Positions 1 to 13,045 of a stretch of 64,000 bases of DNA are shown here, in pieces. This stretch comes from Camelus ferus (taxonomy: Eukaryota): assembly GCF_009834535.1 (NCBI RefSeq), contig NC_045696.1, positions 81,160,001 to 81,224,000 of the forward strand, given 5' to 3'. The notes beneath the pieces were generated by a model. The model saw only the letters and a list, made by a program, of their open reading frames with translations, was not told the DNA's origin and made no database searches. The position numbers were made by a program, and so were the translations under genes. Each line of letters begins with the position of its first letter. Position 1 is the stretch's first letter.

Positions 1-914
1 CTTTATTTCTCCTCTTTGATCATTCTTAAAAGGTTAAAGAGAGTTACCCTGCTGCTTACGAGTGACCTAGAAATTCTGCTGATATGTGGAAATAAGTGTT
101 CTTTAAAATATCCCACTTAAGAGGTAGGTTAACTTAATGGTAGAAACCCATCCAAAATATATTACCGGTCTAGAAGTTTCTTTGGCTTGAATCAATCAAG
201 TAACTGTGACACCACTTCTGCATTTCTAAATACATTAAAACCACAGTCATTTTCAGAGAGGAGATTTGGACTGAATTTAACCTTTTAAAGTGTCTTAGAA
301 GAAAGAATTTACCAAATTGTTTAAGAGCATAAACATAAGTTTAAGAAGTTTGTTGAAAAACCTCTGTCCTTAAGTACCCTCAGGTACCATAAAACTGCTG
401 TTTATTTATTCCTATTGATATGCTAATCACAAGTTGTTCTTCGATATTAAAGCATTTCCTCCAAGGAATTTGTACTGCATGTACTTGGTTCATTTCACTA
501 TAGAGTAAAATAGCTCTTTATTTACACAGTGGTACCAACACTCTAGAGAAGCTAACTGAGCATTAAACACATCTATGTCAAGGATTCGCCATTTTGGAGA
601 ATTTGAGATCATTCATTGCTAACTCTTTGGATCATTGGACACTGGAGAACACATGGCTCAGTGACAGGCGGGATGCCTTTAACTTCACGTGTGGGATAAT
701 GGTCTTCCTCCCTGTCTGGAGTGAGATAACCTTGTGGAGTCTGAAAGCTTAAAAGGGGAATATTTCTAAGTATTGTCTAGAGTTTTTAATGCCACATGAA
801 GATAATGGGAATTTATAAATCACTATAGATTTGAACACAGGGTGGACCTTCCAAAAATTCAAACAAATTTTTATTTTTTAAATTTTTTTTACATTTGTCT
901 ATTAATTGCTGTTC

Positions 915-1075
915 CAGATGCAGTTTGCTATCCAGCAGCTTGGTCACCACCACCTGGGAGATTGCTGGAAATGCAGACTCCCAGGCCTTCCCAGACATAC
1001 TGAATCAGAATCTGCTTTTTAACAAGATCCCTCAGATGATTTTCATGCACATTTAAATTTGGGAAGCCCGAAATT
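915..1075. mobile_element. MER5-family (hAT-Charlie) MITE
   Basis: Contains cacctgggag...gaaatgcagactcccaggcc...ccagacatactgaatcagaatctg...taacaagatccc..atgattttcatgcacatttaaatttggga, the characteristic MER5A/B core. Ends approximate. Confidence 0.8.
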
Positions 1076-1809
1076 AGGCCACTGCATTGGTCCTGAAAAC
1101 TAGAGGTCATTTGATTAGGTAAAACACCTTTTCTAGATAAAGGGAAGGCATACATCCAGATCCAGGATGGGCTGGGTGCCTGCATTGGCATGTAGCCTGT
1201 GTGTGGAACTGCTCCTCTGGGAAGTGAGAAGGTGCAGGCAAGGCCTGGATGCCCACTGCTGGTTGACTTGTCACATCCACAGAGAGAAGCCACACACTTG
1301 GATCAGTGAAGGGGACACAGCAGATCTTAGCTCTGGCAATAACCAGGGTGATGGAGATGTATCGATCCTCAGTTGCAGAGTGCATACAGATTTGAGACTT
1401 TGGGCTGCTCCTCTGCCTTGGCGATTTTCCTTGCAATTTGTATACATTTAGTGATAGCCCTAAAACTCTGCCCTTTCAGATATTGTAGAACTTCCTCTGG
1501 TGCTGTTATATTTCGTATTAAAATGAAAAAAATAACAAGAGCACGAAAGTAAATGAATTCTGTTTTTCTCAAAATGAAGATACAATCAGATCACGTACTG
1601 GCAATATAAGAAGGTGATACATAATGGAGTTTTTGTGTGGGTACTTCAAATGATTAATCACAGAGTATCTAAGATGGCTTTCCTTCCAGAGTTGAGAGAT
1701 TTGTCACGTTTTACAGTGTGGGATAGAAGCTAGAATCATTCACACACACACGCACACACCCACTTCTATATCTGCTTGCGTATGCATGGTGTACATACAA
1801 ATACTCTTC

Positions 1810-2170
1810 CTATGGTTGTTGGGAATAGGAAATGAGATAATATACATAAAGCATATATGAGACCTAGTAAAGTATTCAAGACGTGGTAGTTATTATTACA
1901 GGAAGCAGCAGTGCAAGATGGTTAGGAGCATAGCCTTTGGCATTAGATCCCGTGGGTCTAGAATCTTGGGTCTAGAATCTTGGGTCTGCCACTCATTAGC
2001 TGTTCGACCTAGAGTTAATTGATTAACCTCTCTGTACCTTGGTTTCCTCTGCTGAAAAATAGGAATAATAATAGTACCTACCTCATAAGGATTAAATGAG
2101 ATAATACATGAAATGCATTAGAAGAACTTTAAAATAAAATGAGTACTCAAAAACAAATGTTAGCTACTTT
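1810..2170 (+). mobile_element. MIR SINE 3' fragment followed by a near full-length MIR
   Basis: MIR core ctgccactcattagctgt..cctctctgtaccttggtttcctc..aataatagtacctacctcataaggattaaatgagataata. Includes an internal 14-bp tandem duplication (tgggtctagaatct x2.5, 1953-1987). Confidence 0.85.
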
Positions 2171-3802
2171 ATATATATATAGTACACTCTTATCTGGGAT
2201 CTAGTTAAAGGATTGAGTTTATTTAGACATTTTTGTTTTAAAGAAACAGAACTGTAAACTTTGTATATGGAAATTTTTTACTTCCCCTTGCTTATTTAAT
2301 TATAATAGTTAATTCTTCTCATCCCAGTTGGATTTCAACAAGGAATAAAATCAACCTAAAAGAATATTTGAATATAGTATTATCTAATCTCTTCACAGGT
2401 TTTAAGGAACTCTTTCATTCTGGGAGTTGAGATTAGCTGTAAAGTAGCTCCAGAAAATACTTAAGGATCCTAGGTCGAAAAGACCAGTTCCTTATCTAGA
2501 TTCAGATTCAAAAATATGTACTGACTATCAGCTTTGTTCCAGGCACTTTTCTAATATAAGGGTTAAGAATATGAATTTGGGCCTAAGCAGACCTGAGTTC
2601 AAATCCTGGTTCTGTTTATTACCAGCTACAGTATTTTTGTGCAGATACTAGGTAAGGCTGATGGTATAGCTAATATTGGCAGAGGGGAATGAAGCAATTG
2701 AGTGAGATTCACTGATTGTTGACTTTCCTCAACAGTAGTGCTGGACTCTCTGTCTTACTTGTCTTGTGATTCTACAGAGGTTGTGAGAAATAGAGTCTTT
2801 TTCTTCGGGCAGCCCTTCTTGCAGTTCACTGGGGAAAATTTCATTGGCCACTAAAAACAACATAAAGTCTTCATGCTTGGAGAGTAGGCAAGTGCCTTCT
2901 GTCTGAGTTAACAACTCTAACACATACAAGAGGGAAAAAAAGCCCTAGGACACTACTTTTCAAAGGTCCTGGATGCGACTGGCTGCTCGAATTCGACAGT
3001 GAGTTATGTGCTAGGGAACTAAAGCATGCAAGAATGGATTCATTTCAAATACTAGTGGGAAAATATCCTTCCCTACATCCAAAACTTGACTGAAATACAA
3101 TGGATCATTGGAATGTTAAACATACTGGGCCAGAAAATCATTCTGACTTTCCATCATCCTGTTTTGACAGGACACCAGATAAGCAGTTTTGGGAAAATGT
3201 CGTCAAATTTGTGTTGAGCAAGGGCAAACAAGCTGATTGTGTGGTGCTGCCTCTTGGGAGATGGGAGGCAGCTTCCTTCAGACCCTGGAGCGATTAATTT
3301 ATGCCCCAAGGCTGTCTGACCCTTGTAAAATTATCCCAGCTGGTCGGACTGGACTCGCTGATCTCATTTTTATATGAATGTCTTATTCTTGTGGGGAAGG
3401 TTTATCAATTATCTGTCTCTGTGCATACAATGCAAGAGTTATATAGGATAATTTCATGTGCTAGTCAAAGGCAATGCTTTGTCCCAACCAACAAGTTTTT
3501 CTTGCTCTCTGAACAGTGTGACCCATTAATTCGGAAAAATAGTATGATAAATCTTTTAAAATGGAATTAAGCAATCAGCCCAGTATCCAAAATTCTAATT
3601 TTCCAAAAAGAAACCTTTATTGCTACCATAAAATGGGAAACCCATTACTTTCAACTCACTTTATTATATAGTACATACTTTTCAAATTAGAAATGTTAGC
3701 CCCTGTCCCACCACATCATGGTGTTATTTGGACTGCCATACTTTAAGAGGTACCATTGTCACCCGTGTTCTGAGGTTGACCAGCACGACAGTACCAGCTA
3801 CT

Positions 3803-4065
3803 CAGGGTCACAACGTGACTCTTGTGGGCCCAAGCATTCTTTTGCCTATGTGGCCTTCTGACTCCAGAAAAATGTTTAAGTTAGATTTTACAACTTCCTT
3901 GGTATAAAGACAAATCTACTAATATATATTAAAACATTTTCTTTGACCTAAGAGTTAATTGTTTTCTTATGACTTTAAAACTAATGGGACATTTTTTGTC
4001 AGCTGCGAAAAGCATGGTGGGTACCAGGCACTGAACCCGCCGTGCCTCGTGGAGGCGTCGGCCTG
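3803..4065 (+). mobile_element. MER96B-like hAT DNA transposon
   Basis: Termini caggg...gcctg; internal gggcccaagcattcttttgcct, ttggtataaagacaaat and caggcactg..gtgcct resemble MER96B. Confidence 0.65.
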
Positions 4066-4242
4066 TATTGCACGGCCCCTGACGTCAAGAGGTCTGGGGG
4101 CTTCTTTCAAGCTGGTGGTGGGGAAACCACATAAATTAAATGTTTGAAATCCTGTGTTTTATCTTGAAAATTCAGATGGATTTTGCCTTTTACACCATGG
4201 AATAGTCATGTTGCTTCAGCTTAAAATTATTTGAACTTGATA

Positions 4243-4325
4243 TTTTTTTTTCCTTAATGGAGGTCCTGGGGATAGAACCCAGGACTTTGTGCACATGCTC
4301 TACCACTGAGCTATTACCTTCTCCC
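4243..4325 (-). mobile_element. tRNA-derived camelid SINE (Vic-1 type)
   Basis: The minus strand reads gggagaaggtaatagctcagtggtagagcatgtgcacaaagtcctgggttctatccccaggacctccatt plus an A tail. Pol III A and B boxes are present; there is an internal deletion relative to the other two copies. Confidence 0.85.
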
Positions 4326-4398
4326 TGGGACTTAATTCTTACAGAAAGGTAGATTTTAAAAAAGGAGTTTAGTAGCTTCCTGCCCCTACTTGGCATAG

Positions 4399-4989
4399 TG
4401 TTACCCAGCCAGTTTCGTTTGCCTGACACGGAGCAAGCCAAACGCTGAGACGCGGAGGTTTGCAGCAGAGAAAGGGTTTATTCACAAGGCAGCCAAGTGA
4501 GGAGACTCTCGGCTCTGCCTCGCGGAAGGCGAGGGGCTCTGGGTATTTATGGAATAGAGCTGAGGCCTGGGAGCAGGGGGAGAGTTGATTGGAGGTAATC
4601 GTCGTTCTGTGCAGGTACAACTAAGCTACATGCTTCTTCGTGGGATGCATGTTCAGAACATGGTGGCTTTAGCAAGCTCTGAGGGTTAAGTTTTTGACCC
4701 TCTGACCTCAAAGATCACCAGTCAGACACTCGCGCATGTCCAGTTGGAGGGTCTCTGGCCCTAACTAGTCTTAACCAGCTGGCTCCAGCTGGAATTGGAC
4801 ACCGTTGACTGCAAGTTTCTGAAAAACAACTTGGGCACACATTTTATTGTTTAGGCTATGTGATGCTTGGAGGACGTGCAAGTTTTTGGAAGAACAATTA
4901 AATCGAGCTTGATCAGTGAAGGTGGGGTACAGCTTAGTATTTATTAATGGCTAACTGATGACTACCCCCCACTCCCACCCCCTGCTTCA
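4399..4989 (-). mobile_element. ERV1-class solo LTR (591 bp)
   Basis: TG...CA termini and a near-perfect 4-bp TSD (ATAG/GTAG). On the minus strand a TATA-like ccataaatacc precedes an AATAAA (plus-strand gggtttattc). Confidence 0.8.
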
Positions 4990-5688
4990 GTAGGATGGCT
5001 TGACCCTGGGGGAGTACACGTTCTCTGGTTTGGAAACCCAGACATAAGGCATTCAAGGCTTAGAAAGGCTTTTTTTTTTAAACCTATGGTCAAGGGAAGG
5101 AATTGGGTTTATGATGGATTTATGTCAAAAACAAATAAACTACAGGTATTATCCTACCCTGTTATGACCGTGAACGGGTGATCTTAAGGTGAACAAAGTC
5201 CATTAGGATTCTTAGCAGAACCTCGAAGAATCTATAAAACGTTGTTTGGCTTCAAGCTCATTTATAAGCACCTCCTTTCTTAGGGCCTCGTGAGTGATTT
5301 AGACTCTCTTGGCTATTTCTAGCAAAGAGGAAGAACAGTCACTCTTGATGACATGAAAATTCTTCTTTTCACCTGCTCCCTTTTATGGAGTCACTTCCCT
5401 AGGTTTCCTTGATATTTAGAGGAGGACGGCTTTTCTCTTTGTCCTCTCATTACTGTCTTATCCAGGACAGGCTATTAGAAAAGCTTTTTGTTTGTGAGAT
5501 CAGTTCTCTGATTTCTAACTTCCCTTCTCGAACCTAAATGCCACACTTGAAGTTCTCTCAAATTGCTGCCGCTGTTGCTCAGATGTCTTCTCGGTATTGT
5601 GTGCTAAATGCAAGGGTCTTTATTTAGGTGCTTTGCTCTCTGGAAAGAAGATCCTAATGAGTCACCCAGCTTGCTGATTTCTCTGTAG

Positions 5689-5770
5689 GTGTGACCAGCT
5701 AAGTGCCACCGTAGTGGAGTTGAAACAGAAGAACTCATTTGGATCAGGAGTGCCTTTATCTCGAGTCTAG
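5689..5770 (+). CDS. Candidate alternative terminal exon, coding xCDQLSATVVELKQKNSFGSGVPLSRV*
   Basis: Acceptor gctgatttctctgtag|G with a branch-like cctaat upstream. The phase-2 frame stays open for 26 codons to TAG at 5768-5770. AATAAA at 6755 lies in an L2 tail. Confidence 0.25.
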
Positions 5771-6019
5771 AGTCTAATGTAGCCTACAGGCTTCTCAGTT
5801 TTTCATTATAGCCCCTTCTCAGCCAAGGGCCAGCTTTGGGACCACTGAGGACTTGAATACTAGGGATCCAGATACTACTTAGAACCAGCCTGACTGCCAA
5901 AGAGAAGAGACACACTGTGCTCTGTGTGTTTGGTGTCTGAGCTAGCATGTCTTGTTATTTTTTCTTTCCTTTTCCAGAAAATGAACAGATGAATGAAGAG
6001 CATCATTTTGATTCTAAAA

Positions 6020-6765
6020 ACCAAGTTAGAGTCGCCCATGTCATCTTAATCTCCTGAATTTGATTCTATTACAAAGCTTGCCTGACTCTACTTTCTTATC
6101 TCTTCTCAAGCTCTTCTTCTGTTTTCTGTCTCTACCACCACTGTCCTGGTCCAGGCAATGAGCAGCTCTCATCTGAGTGCCTGCAGTGTCTTGTCCCCTG
6201 GAGTCACCCTGTAGCCTTGCATTCCCACCGTACAGCCAGTGAGGTCATATGAAAATGTTTATTTGACCGTGTCTCTTCCTGCCTAAATCTTTCAAATGGT
6301 TTCCCATTTGATCAAGACCAAACTTAGCTTACAAGGCCCAGCATGATATGAGTACAGCCTCCTTCTCCAAACTCAGTTCTCTTGCTAATCCCCCTTACTC
6401 TCTGGGATTCAGAAACATTCTTTTCTTTTACTCCAGCAAAAGTAATTTGTTTTTGCCCATCTCAGGGCCTTTGCACATGCTGTTTCTGCTTTATGGAATG
6501 CTCCTTCTCCTCTTTTTAACTCCTTCACTTCCTCACAAAAACCTCTCCTCATCCCCCAGAAGATCCTAATCCCTGTTCTGAACTCCCATAGCCCACCCAC
6601 CCCGTTCCTTCAGGGCGCTACACTCAGATTACCTGGTCTGTGTAGTTGAGTAATGCCTTTCTCCTTTATCTGGCTGTAAACTCCCTGAGAGCAGGGACTT
6701 GTCTACTTTGTTCATCATTGTGTTCCCAGTAATGTGCACTAAGACTAGATGTTCAATAAATAAAA
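6020..6765 (+). mobile_element. L2 LINE 3' region
   Basis: Hallmarks ctcagggcctttgcacatgctgtt, tgtaaactccctgagagcagggacttgtct and gttcaataaat. Confidence 0.85.
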
Positions 6766-7039
6766 CAATAAGTAGGATGTGGTGCATAGTATGTTGATGA
6801 ATAAAGTACGATACTTGTACATGGGAGTCATCAGAAAAGATTTAATTATGGACCATATCTCTAACAGGGCAGAGGGTTACATAGCACATTTTCAGTGATT
6901 CTTCTTCAAAAGTGGTAAAAAGCAATGTTTAGCGGCTTAAAACAGTGGTTGTTTATCTACAGTGACTCAATTCTGCATAGATTTTTTAAGCTATTAGAGG
7001 AATTAATGGTCAGCCATGTCCAGCATGAGGGGCCAACTG

Positions 7040-7410
7040 CAATGTCTTTGTACCTGCTGTTTCATCTGTCTGGTATCTTCTCCTCCAGGTAGCCCTGTTG
7101 CTTGCTCCTTCACTTCCTCCAGGTCTCTGCTCAAATGCCATTTTATTACAGAAGTCTTCCTGGATCACCTCACAGAGAGTAACACCGTACCCTCTAGACC
7201 TCCTATTCCTTGCTCTTCACTATGCTTAATTGTTTCTTCCATCGCCCTCATCATGAATCTGTCATTCATTCATTCACTCATTTCAGTCTCTTTACATTAA
7301 ACTGTTCCTTGAGGACAAAGATTCTGTTTGATGAATACTCTGTCTTAGCACTCAAGTCAACGTTAGATACCTAGAAGACACTAAAAGCATATTTTTGACT
7401 CTACGAATGA
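7040..7410 (+). mobile_element. L2a 3' end
   Basis: tccttcacttcctccaggtctctgctcaaatgcca, cttgaggacaaagattctgt and a terminal gaatga. Confidence 0.8.
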
Positions 7411-8692
7411 TCTTGGTGAAGAAAACTTCAAAATTTTATCCCCTTGCCTCTAAGGAATGAGGAAGAAAAAAGTCCACTGTCACTTTTTGCCTTCTTTTTG
7501 TCCTTCACCCCAAACTACATCTTCTTGTGTTCTCTCTTTGCTGATTACTTGAAAAGCAACTCTAGGGTGGCAAGTTGAGCCCCCCCCCAAATTGTGTGCC
7601 CCATTTCGGCTCCTGACAGTCTAATAGCGATCTCTAACTCTTAAGTACTTCTGCTTCTGAGAGTTTCTTCTTGAGCCTAAAATGCAACTATAAACACACA
7701 CTTTTGCCTTGTGGCAGAAATAATAGAACTTAGGATATTTTCACCTAAAAGTAGCAGCTTGCTCTTCATTAAGCAGCAGCTTACTGCCTGCTCTTGCATT
7801 CAGTCCTCCCAGCGAGAAATATAACAAAGGAAGAGGCTGGTGGTCACAAGCCAGGACATTGCAGGGCTCATTAATTACTTGGAAAATGGTGCCTGGGTTG
7901 CAGCCAGAATCCCAAACAAAGGAAGGAAATAGTTCCTGTTTTCCAACTTGACAAGCTGATGAGTGAGGTAAGAATGAAAATCATTTGGGTAAGTTAAAAA
8001 GGGAGGAAATCAAATGGAAGCAGTAGTCTTATTCAAGAACAAGTATATAATTAAGACATATTCCCAACCCCAAGGGGGTTGATTCTTATCAGCTGAGACC
8101 ATGGAAAGCATTATCTCCACCTGGCCATGAGATGAATCATGGGATTGGGAACACCAGTTTAGGAAAAGTGTGGATGGTTTTGGAGCTGGGGCCCCAAGTG
8201 CATGATATGTGTACAAAAGAGTTATTAATCCCAGCAGCTTCTATATTGGTTGGGTCCTTATGGCAACTATGTTGTAAATATACAAATACTCTTACAGAAA
8301 ATAGAATCCATAATTTTGGCAAGGCTGAGAATCCTAAACCATCTCAGCAAATTTGTTGTAATTAAATGAGAATGGTTTCAAGTAGGAGTCAGTTAAGAAA
8401 AATGAGAATTTCTTAATGTTGAAGTGAAAAGAGATCATTAAGAAAAACACACTTAGTGGGTTAGTGAAATTTTGGTGTGATTATATTTCAGGGCAATTTT
8501 CACAAAACTTAGCCTGTGGTTTTTATGATTCTGAGCTGTGCAAAATCCAAAGGGAGGTCTGATTATCTAATACTTGGCTGAAATAAGGCCTTCAGGAATT
8601 CCTTTCTTGAGTGTGATTTACACAGTTTTCAGTACTGAATGGCCATAATATGTTCCTGCCACAAAAACTGCTGCAGTGGAAGAAAAGGGAAA

Positions 8693-8697
<5 letters not shown>

Positions 8698-8742
<45 letters not shown>
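8698..8742. repeat. (CA)~22 microsatellite
   Basis: Perfect AC dinucleotide run seen directly. Confidence 0.98.
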
Positions 8743-8743
<1 letters not shown>

Positions 8744-9602
8744 CCATCACCACAAAATCCCTAATGTAGAAGCAAGACCTTCTTGTGGCTGTTTCCTAAC
8801 CTGTAAAGATTATAGAGAATACCTGTTTATTGAAAGAGGGAGATAGACTTGGAGTTTCCAGGCAATCTCAAGGTCAAGCAATGTCCTTTGGAAGGAGGTT
8901 ACCAAGACTGCCCATGGAGGGGTCATATGTTTAACTTCCCAGATATGTGAGTGCAAAGTGAAAATTAAAATTGTGCTGTAGCCATGCACAAAGAAATGCA
9001 AACAGTCAAGGTTCATGCATTAAAGGAGAATTGTTTGGTTTGAGGGTTTTTTTGGTGGGGAGCTTAGAGGAGATGAGAAATAAAATAGTGCTATGTCTAG
9101 GAAGAGACGAAGACTGAGAACTCAGTTGAGTAATGGGAGAGGGAAGAGGAAACACACTTAGTTTGAAATGTTGAATTCTGCTCAGACCAGGCATGCTGAA
9201 GGCTTAGTATGAAGATTAGTTGAGAAGATTCATGTGAAAAAGGGGCTGCCCTTTTTATGTACTGAAACAAGTGAATGAGGCATTTAAGCTCATCTGTGCC
9301 TTTTGAGTAAAACCACCAAATAGCTCTTAAATAGATGACTTGATTGTGATGGTACACTGGGTCTGAGGTAAAAATCAAAATAATCATTGAAGAAAAAGAC
9401 TAGAAATCCTGATTATGATACATAACCCTGGAAGACCCTTGGAGGAGCAGGAAAAAACAGCTGCAGTATAAATGATCTCCAAAGGGGAACCATGCAGCAT
9501 GCGCAGTCACGGTGCCCATCAGTCTGGAAGTTGACTCCAAAGAATATGCAGAATAAGACTTATGTGAAACAAGGTTTGTTCCAAAAGGATGGAAAGCAGG
9601 TG

Positions 9603-9853
9603 TTGTGGCAGTCATTAGTACTGTTGTCGTCCTTCCCCGCCACCCCCTGTTCTGCGCAGAGGGTAGTTCTCACGTGTCCTCATTCGCCTTGTGGGTGTGT
9701 GGGGCTGTGGGACTACTTAACGGCCAGTGAGTTGTGGGCTAAAGTGATGGAGTGAAGCATTTAATTACTGGTCTCAGTGCCTTTAAGCTTCTCTTTCCCT
9801 TGGTCAAGGTGACCAACCACCTTAGAGATGGTGGCTATTTTCTGAGCCTGAGT
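9603..9853 (+). mobile_element. MLT1 (ERVL-MaLR) LTR fragment
   Basis: tgtggcag start, ggccagtgagttgtgggc, gaagcatttaatt and gagatggtggct..agcctgagt resemble MLT1I/J. Confidence 0.6.
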
Positions 9854-9889
9854 GTGTTTCTTTTTTAATTAAATGAAGTTGCTGTTTTA

Positions 9890-10615
9890 TTTGTTTTTCA
9901 TTAGTTTTCTCCTCATGTCCTTTTTCTGTCCCAGGATCCCTTGCAAGATACACATTACACTTAGCTGATGTGTACACTGAGCATAGTCCTCTTGACTATG
10001 ACAGTGTCTGAGACTAGCCTCGTTTTTGATGTCCTTGACAGCTTTGAGGAGTATTGGTTATGCATTTCATACAGTGCCTCTCAACGGTCTGATGTCTTTT
10101 CATGATTAGACTGGGTTTGGGGGAGGAAGATCACAGAAGTAAAATACCTGTTCCGTCATCTCAAGGGTACGTACAATCAACACAACTTGTCGCTGTTGAC
10201 GGTCGTCACCTGGTTGATGTTCCTCCACTGTGCATGTACTACCTTTGTTTCCCCACTATCCTTTTTGGAAGGACATCACAATGCCCAGCCCGTATTTAAG
10301 GACTGGGGACTGACTTCCTCCTTGAGCACAAGTATCTGCATACATTATTTAGAATTCTTCTGCACGGGGGATTTGTCTTTTCCCCCGACATGTATGTATT
10401 TATTCAATCATTTATTTATATCAGTATGGACACATGGATGTTTTTATATTTTAAATTATACTCTAATACAACCTTATTTATTTTGTTGCTCAAGTTTTCC
10501 CAGCTTTGGCTGTTGGAAACTCTCAGTGGTCTACTGTTTCTCTTTGACACAAAAGACCATTTTGGGGGAGTACTTCTTTACTCCTTACTTTCTGGCACTA
10601 CAGGATGCTCTAGAG
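9890..10615 (-). mobile_element. Old L1 (L1MC-like) 3' UTR
   Basis: ttttgatgtccttgacagctttgaggagtattgg, catgattagactgggtt, ggaggaagatcacagaag and ctggcactacaggatgctc. Confidence 0.8.
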
Positions 10616-10639
10616 GGACTGTAGTATGCAAAGCCTGTC

Positions 10640-10828
10640 AGCCAACCTGTAAAGAACATGTATTCTTACTAGGAAAACAAGACTTGTTAGGGGACTTGTT
10701 AGGTATGCATATTCCCTGGTCCCACCCTTGACCTAATGAACAGAAACTCTGGGTTTGGGACCCAATATTCCATGTTTAGCAAACTCTCCAGGGAATTCTG
10801 ATGCACTCTAAAATTTGAGACCCACCGA
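10640..10828. mobile_element. MER5-family MITE
   Basis: cagaaactctggg..aactctccagggaattctgatgcactctaaaatttgagacccaccg. Contains a 12-bp tandem duplication at 10681-10703. Confidence 0.75.
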
Positions 10829-11039
10829 TCCAGATTACATAAGTTTTATGAATGGTAACATAAAGGAGGCAAACTCAGTGCATCTTTTGTTTATCCTATC
10901 ATTTTATTTTGTTCCAAAACAAAACCTTAAAAAATTATTTTAAATCAAGATGATTGGTTTTCTTCATAATGAAGATGCAAGAAATCTTGAAAATATACTG
11001 ATGTGGAGGAATATTCCTTAGAGATGGGGTACCAGGGAC

Positions 11040-11323
11040 ATCTGTGATCTGTGATCTTTGATGTTACTATTACAAAAAGACTACAACTCGCCAAAGGCTC
11101 AGAAGATGGTTAGCATTTTTTAGCAATGAAATATTTTTTAAATTAAGGTCTGTACCTTTTTTAGACATGATGCTATGACACACTTAATCACCTAAAGTAT
11201 GGTGTAAATATAACCTTTATATATACTGAGAAACTAAAAAATTCCTGTGACTAGCTTTATTTTGATACTTGATTTATTGAGGTAGTCTGGAAGCAAACCG
11301 ACAACATCTCTGAGGTGTGCCTG
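11040..11323 (+). mobile_element. Tigger1-derived (TcMar) non-autonomous element, 3' part
   Basis: gatctttgatgttactatt, aaggctcagaagatggttagcattttttagcaat and the terminal TIR atctctgaggtgtgcctg. Confidence 0.85.
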
Positions 11324-11989
11324 TGTTTGGTATCATTTCTGGCTGTAGAACTTCAGAGATGCACTGGAGTTGGTTAGTAAGGCCCCTCAAAAGTTTCTGT
11401 ATGTCTGCAAGTGCTGAGGGAGATTCTCTTCACTGACCCCAGGGACATTTACTAACTGATTCTGCCTATATCTCACGCAGAGCTCTGGCCTGAAAATAAA
11501 TCATAAAATGTGTGCCACCATCAGAGAAGTCTACAGGTTTGCTTCTTGGAGAGTCTTTGAGGCCTGTACTCAGAGCCATACGCTTATTTTTTAAGTAATT
11601 ACAGAAGCCTGTAGCTGGTTAAACAGGTTACAGTGGCTGGTGGGGTGGGCGATTTTAGGCGAGCACAGATACAACAGCAAGTAGTAGACCTGCGAGAGGA
11701 AGCAGACAGGGAACTGGTGAGACTGTGAAGTTGACCTAATTTTTAAAAGAAAAGCACACAGTTGAATGGTATGGGCAACATGCCTCAGTTGTTTCCGCAT
11801 GAAAATGGTCAAGAACTCTAAGGAGCTGAAGTGTTTAGTTCATCTTAGAAATAGTCCATGAAAAACAGAGGAAAAAGAAAAAACGACTTTATCAGTTTTG
11901 AATATTAATCAAAATGTACTGGAGAAATCTAAATGAGTAACATAGTTTTAATTTGCACTAAGAGACATTTGCTTCACCAAAGAAGCCAC

Positions 11990-13045
11990 ATGCAGCCAGG
12001 AAGCATATGTAGAGTCTCAACATCAGTCACTAGGCAGATTCAAATTTAAATTGCAGGGAGATACACTCTGCAATGTGAGTATGAATGCAATTAAAAAGAC
12101 TGACAATATCAAATGTTGGCAAACATACAAAGCAACTGGAACTCCAGGCGTTGCTAATAAGTATGTAAAACAACACAGTCACTTTCAAAAACATTTCGGC
12201 CGTTTCTCAGACTCATGGACATAGAAAACAAACTTGCGGTTGCCAAAGGGACGGGGGGTAGGAAGGGACTGGGATTTCAAAATGTAGACTAGATAAACAA
12301 GATTGTACTGTGTAGCACGGGGAAATATATACAGGATCTTGTGGTGGCTCACAGTGAAAGAGAATGTGACAATGAATGTATGTATGTTCATGTATAACTG
12401 AAAAATTGTGCCCTACACAGGAATTTGACAAAACATTATAAAATGACTATAACTCAATAAAAAAGATGTTAAAAAAAATAACATTTTGGCTGTTACTTAC
12501 AAAGTTATCCATACACTTAACCATATGACCAGGCAAGTCCACTTGTAGGTATTTACCCAGGAGAAGTACAACCCATGCTAACAGGAAGACCTAGATGTGA
12601 ATGTTCATAGCATCTTTAGTCATAACAGCCAAAAGCTGGAAACAATCCAAATATCGATCACGTGGAGAATGGAAAAACAATCTGTGTCCATCTAAACAAC
12701 AGAATACTACTTGGCAATGAAAATAAACAAACAACTGATACATGCAACAACATGAGTGAATCTCAGAATCTTTATGCTAAGTGAAAGAAACCAGCCTCCA
12801 AGCCTATATACTCTGTGATTTCATTTCTACGACATTCTAAAAAAGGCAAAACTACAGGGGTGAAGAACAGATCCATGGACTGGGATTACTGGGAGGGGAT
12901 TTGATTACGAAGGAGCGTGAAAACCTTTTGGGGGTTGACTGTCGTGGTGACTACCTAATTTTATACATTTGTCAAAGCCCATCAAACTGTATGCTTTAAA
13001 AGACTGAGTTTTATTATATATAAATTATATGCCAATTTAAAAAGT
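11990..13045 (+). mobile_element. Old L1 (L1MB/MC-like) ORF2 end and 3' UTR, interrupted by a younger L1
   Basis: aaaaagactgacaatatcaaatgttggc, ccatatgacc..ccacttgtaggtatttaccc, atgctaagtgaaagaaaccag and tttattatatataaattata. Confidence 0.85.
12205..12479 (+). mobile_element. Young lineage-specific 5'-truncated L1 (3' UTR plus polyA) with TSD
   Basis: gactcatggacatagaaaacaaacttgcggttgccaaaggg...aatgactataactcaataaaaaa. Flanked by aacatttcggccgtt (12190-12204) and aacattttggctgtt (12480-12494). Confidence 0.88.

Noticed and set aside
5955..6060. Strong acceptors without donors (5978; also 40621 and 55351)
   Set aside because: No matching donor or informative ORF. Isolated polypyrimidine-AG sites are common in AT-rich introns.
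10187..10731. 145-aa and 113-aa ORFs
   Set aside because: They lie in antisense L1 3' UTR and MER5 sequence, and the translations are typical of repeat-derived spurious ORFs.
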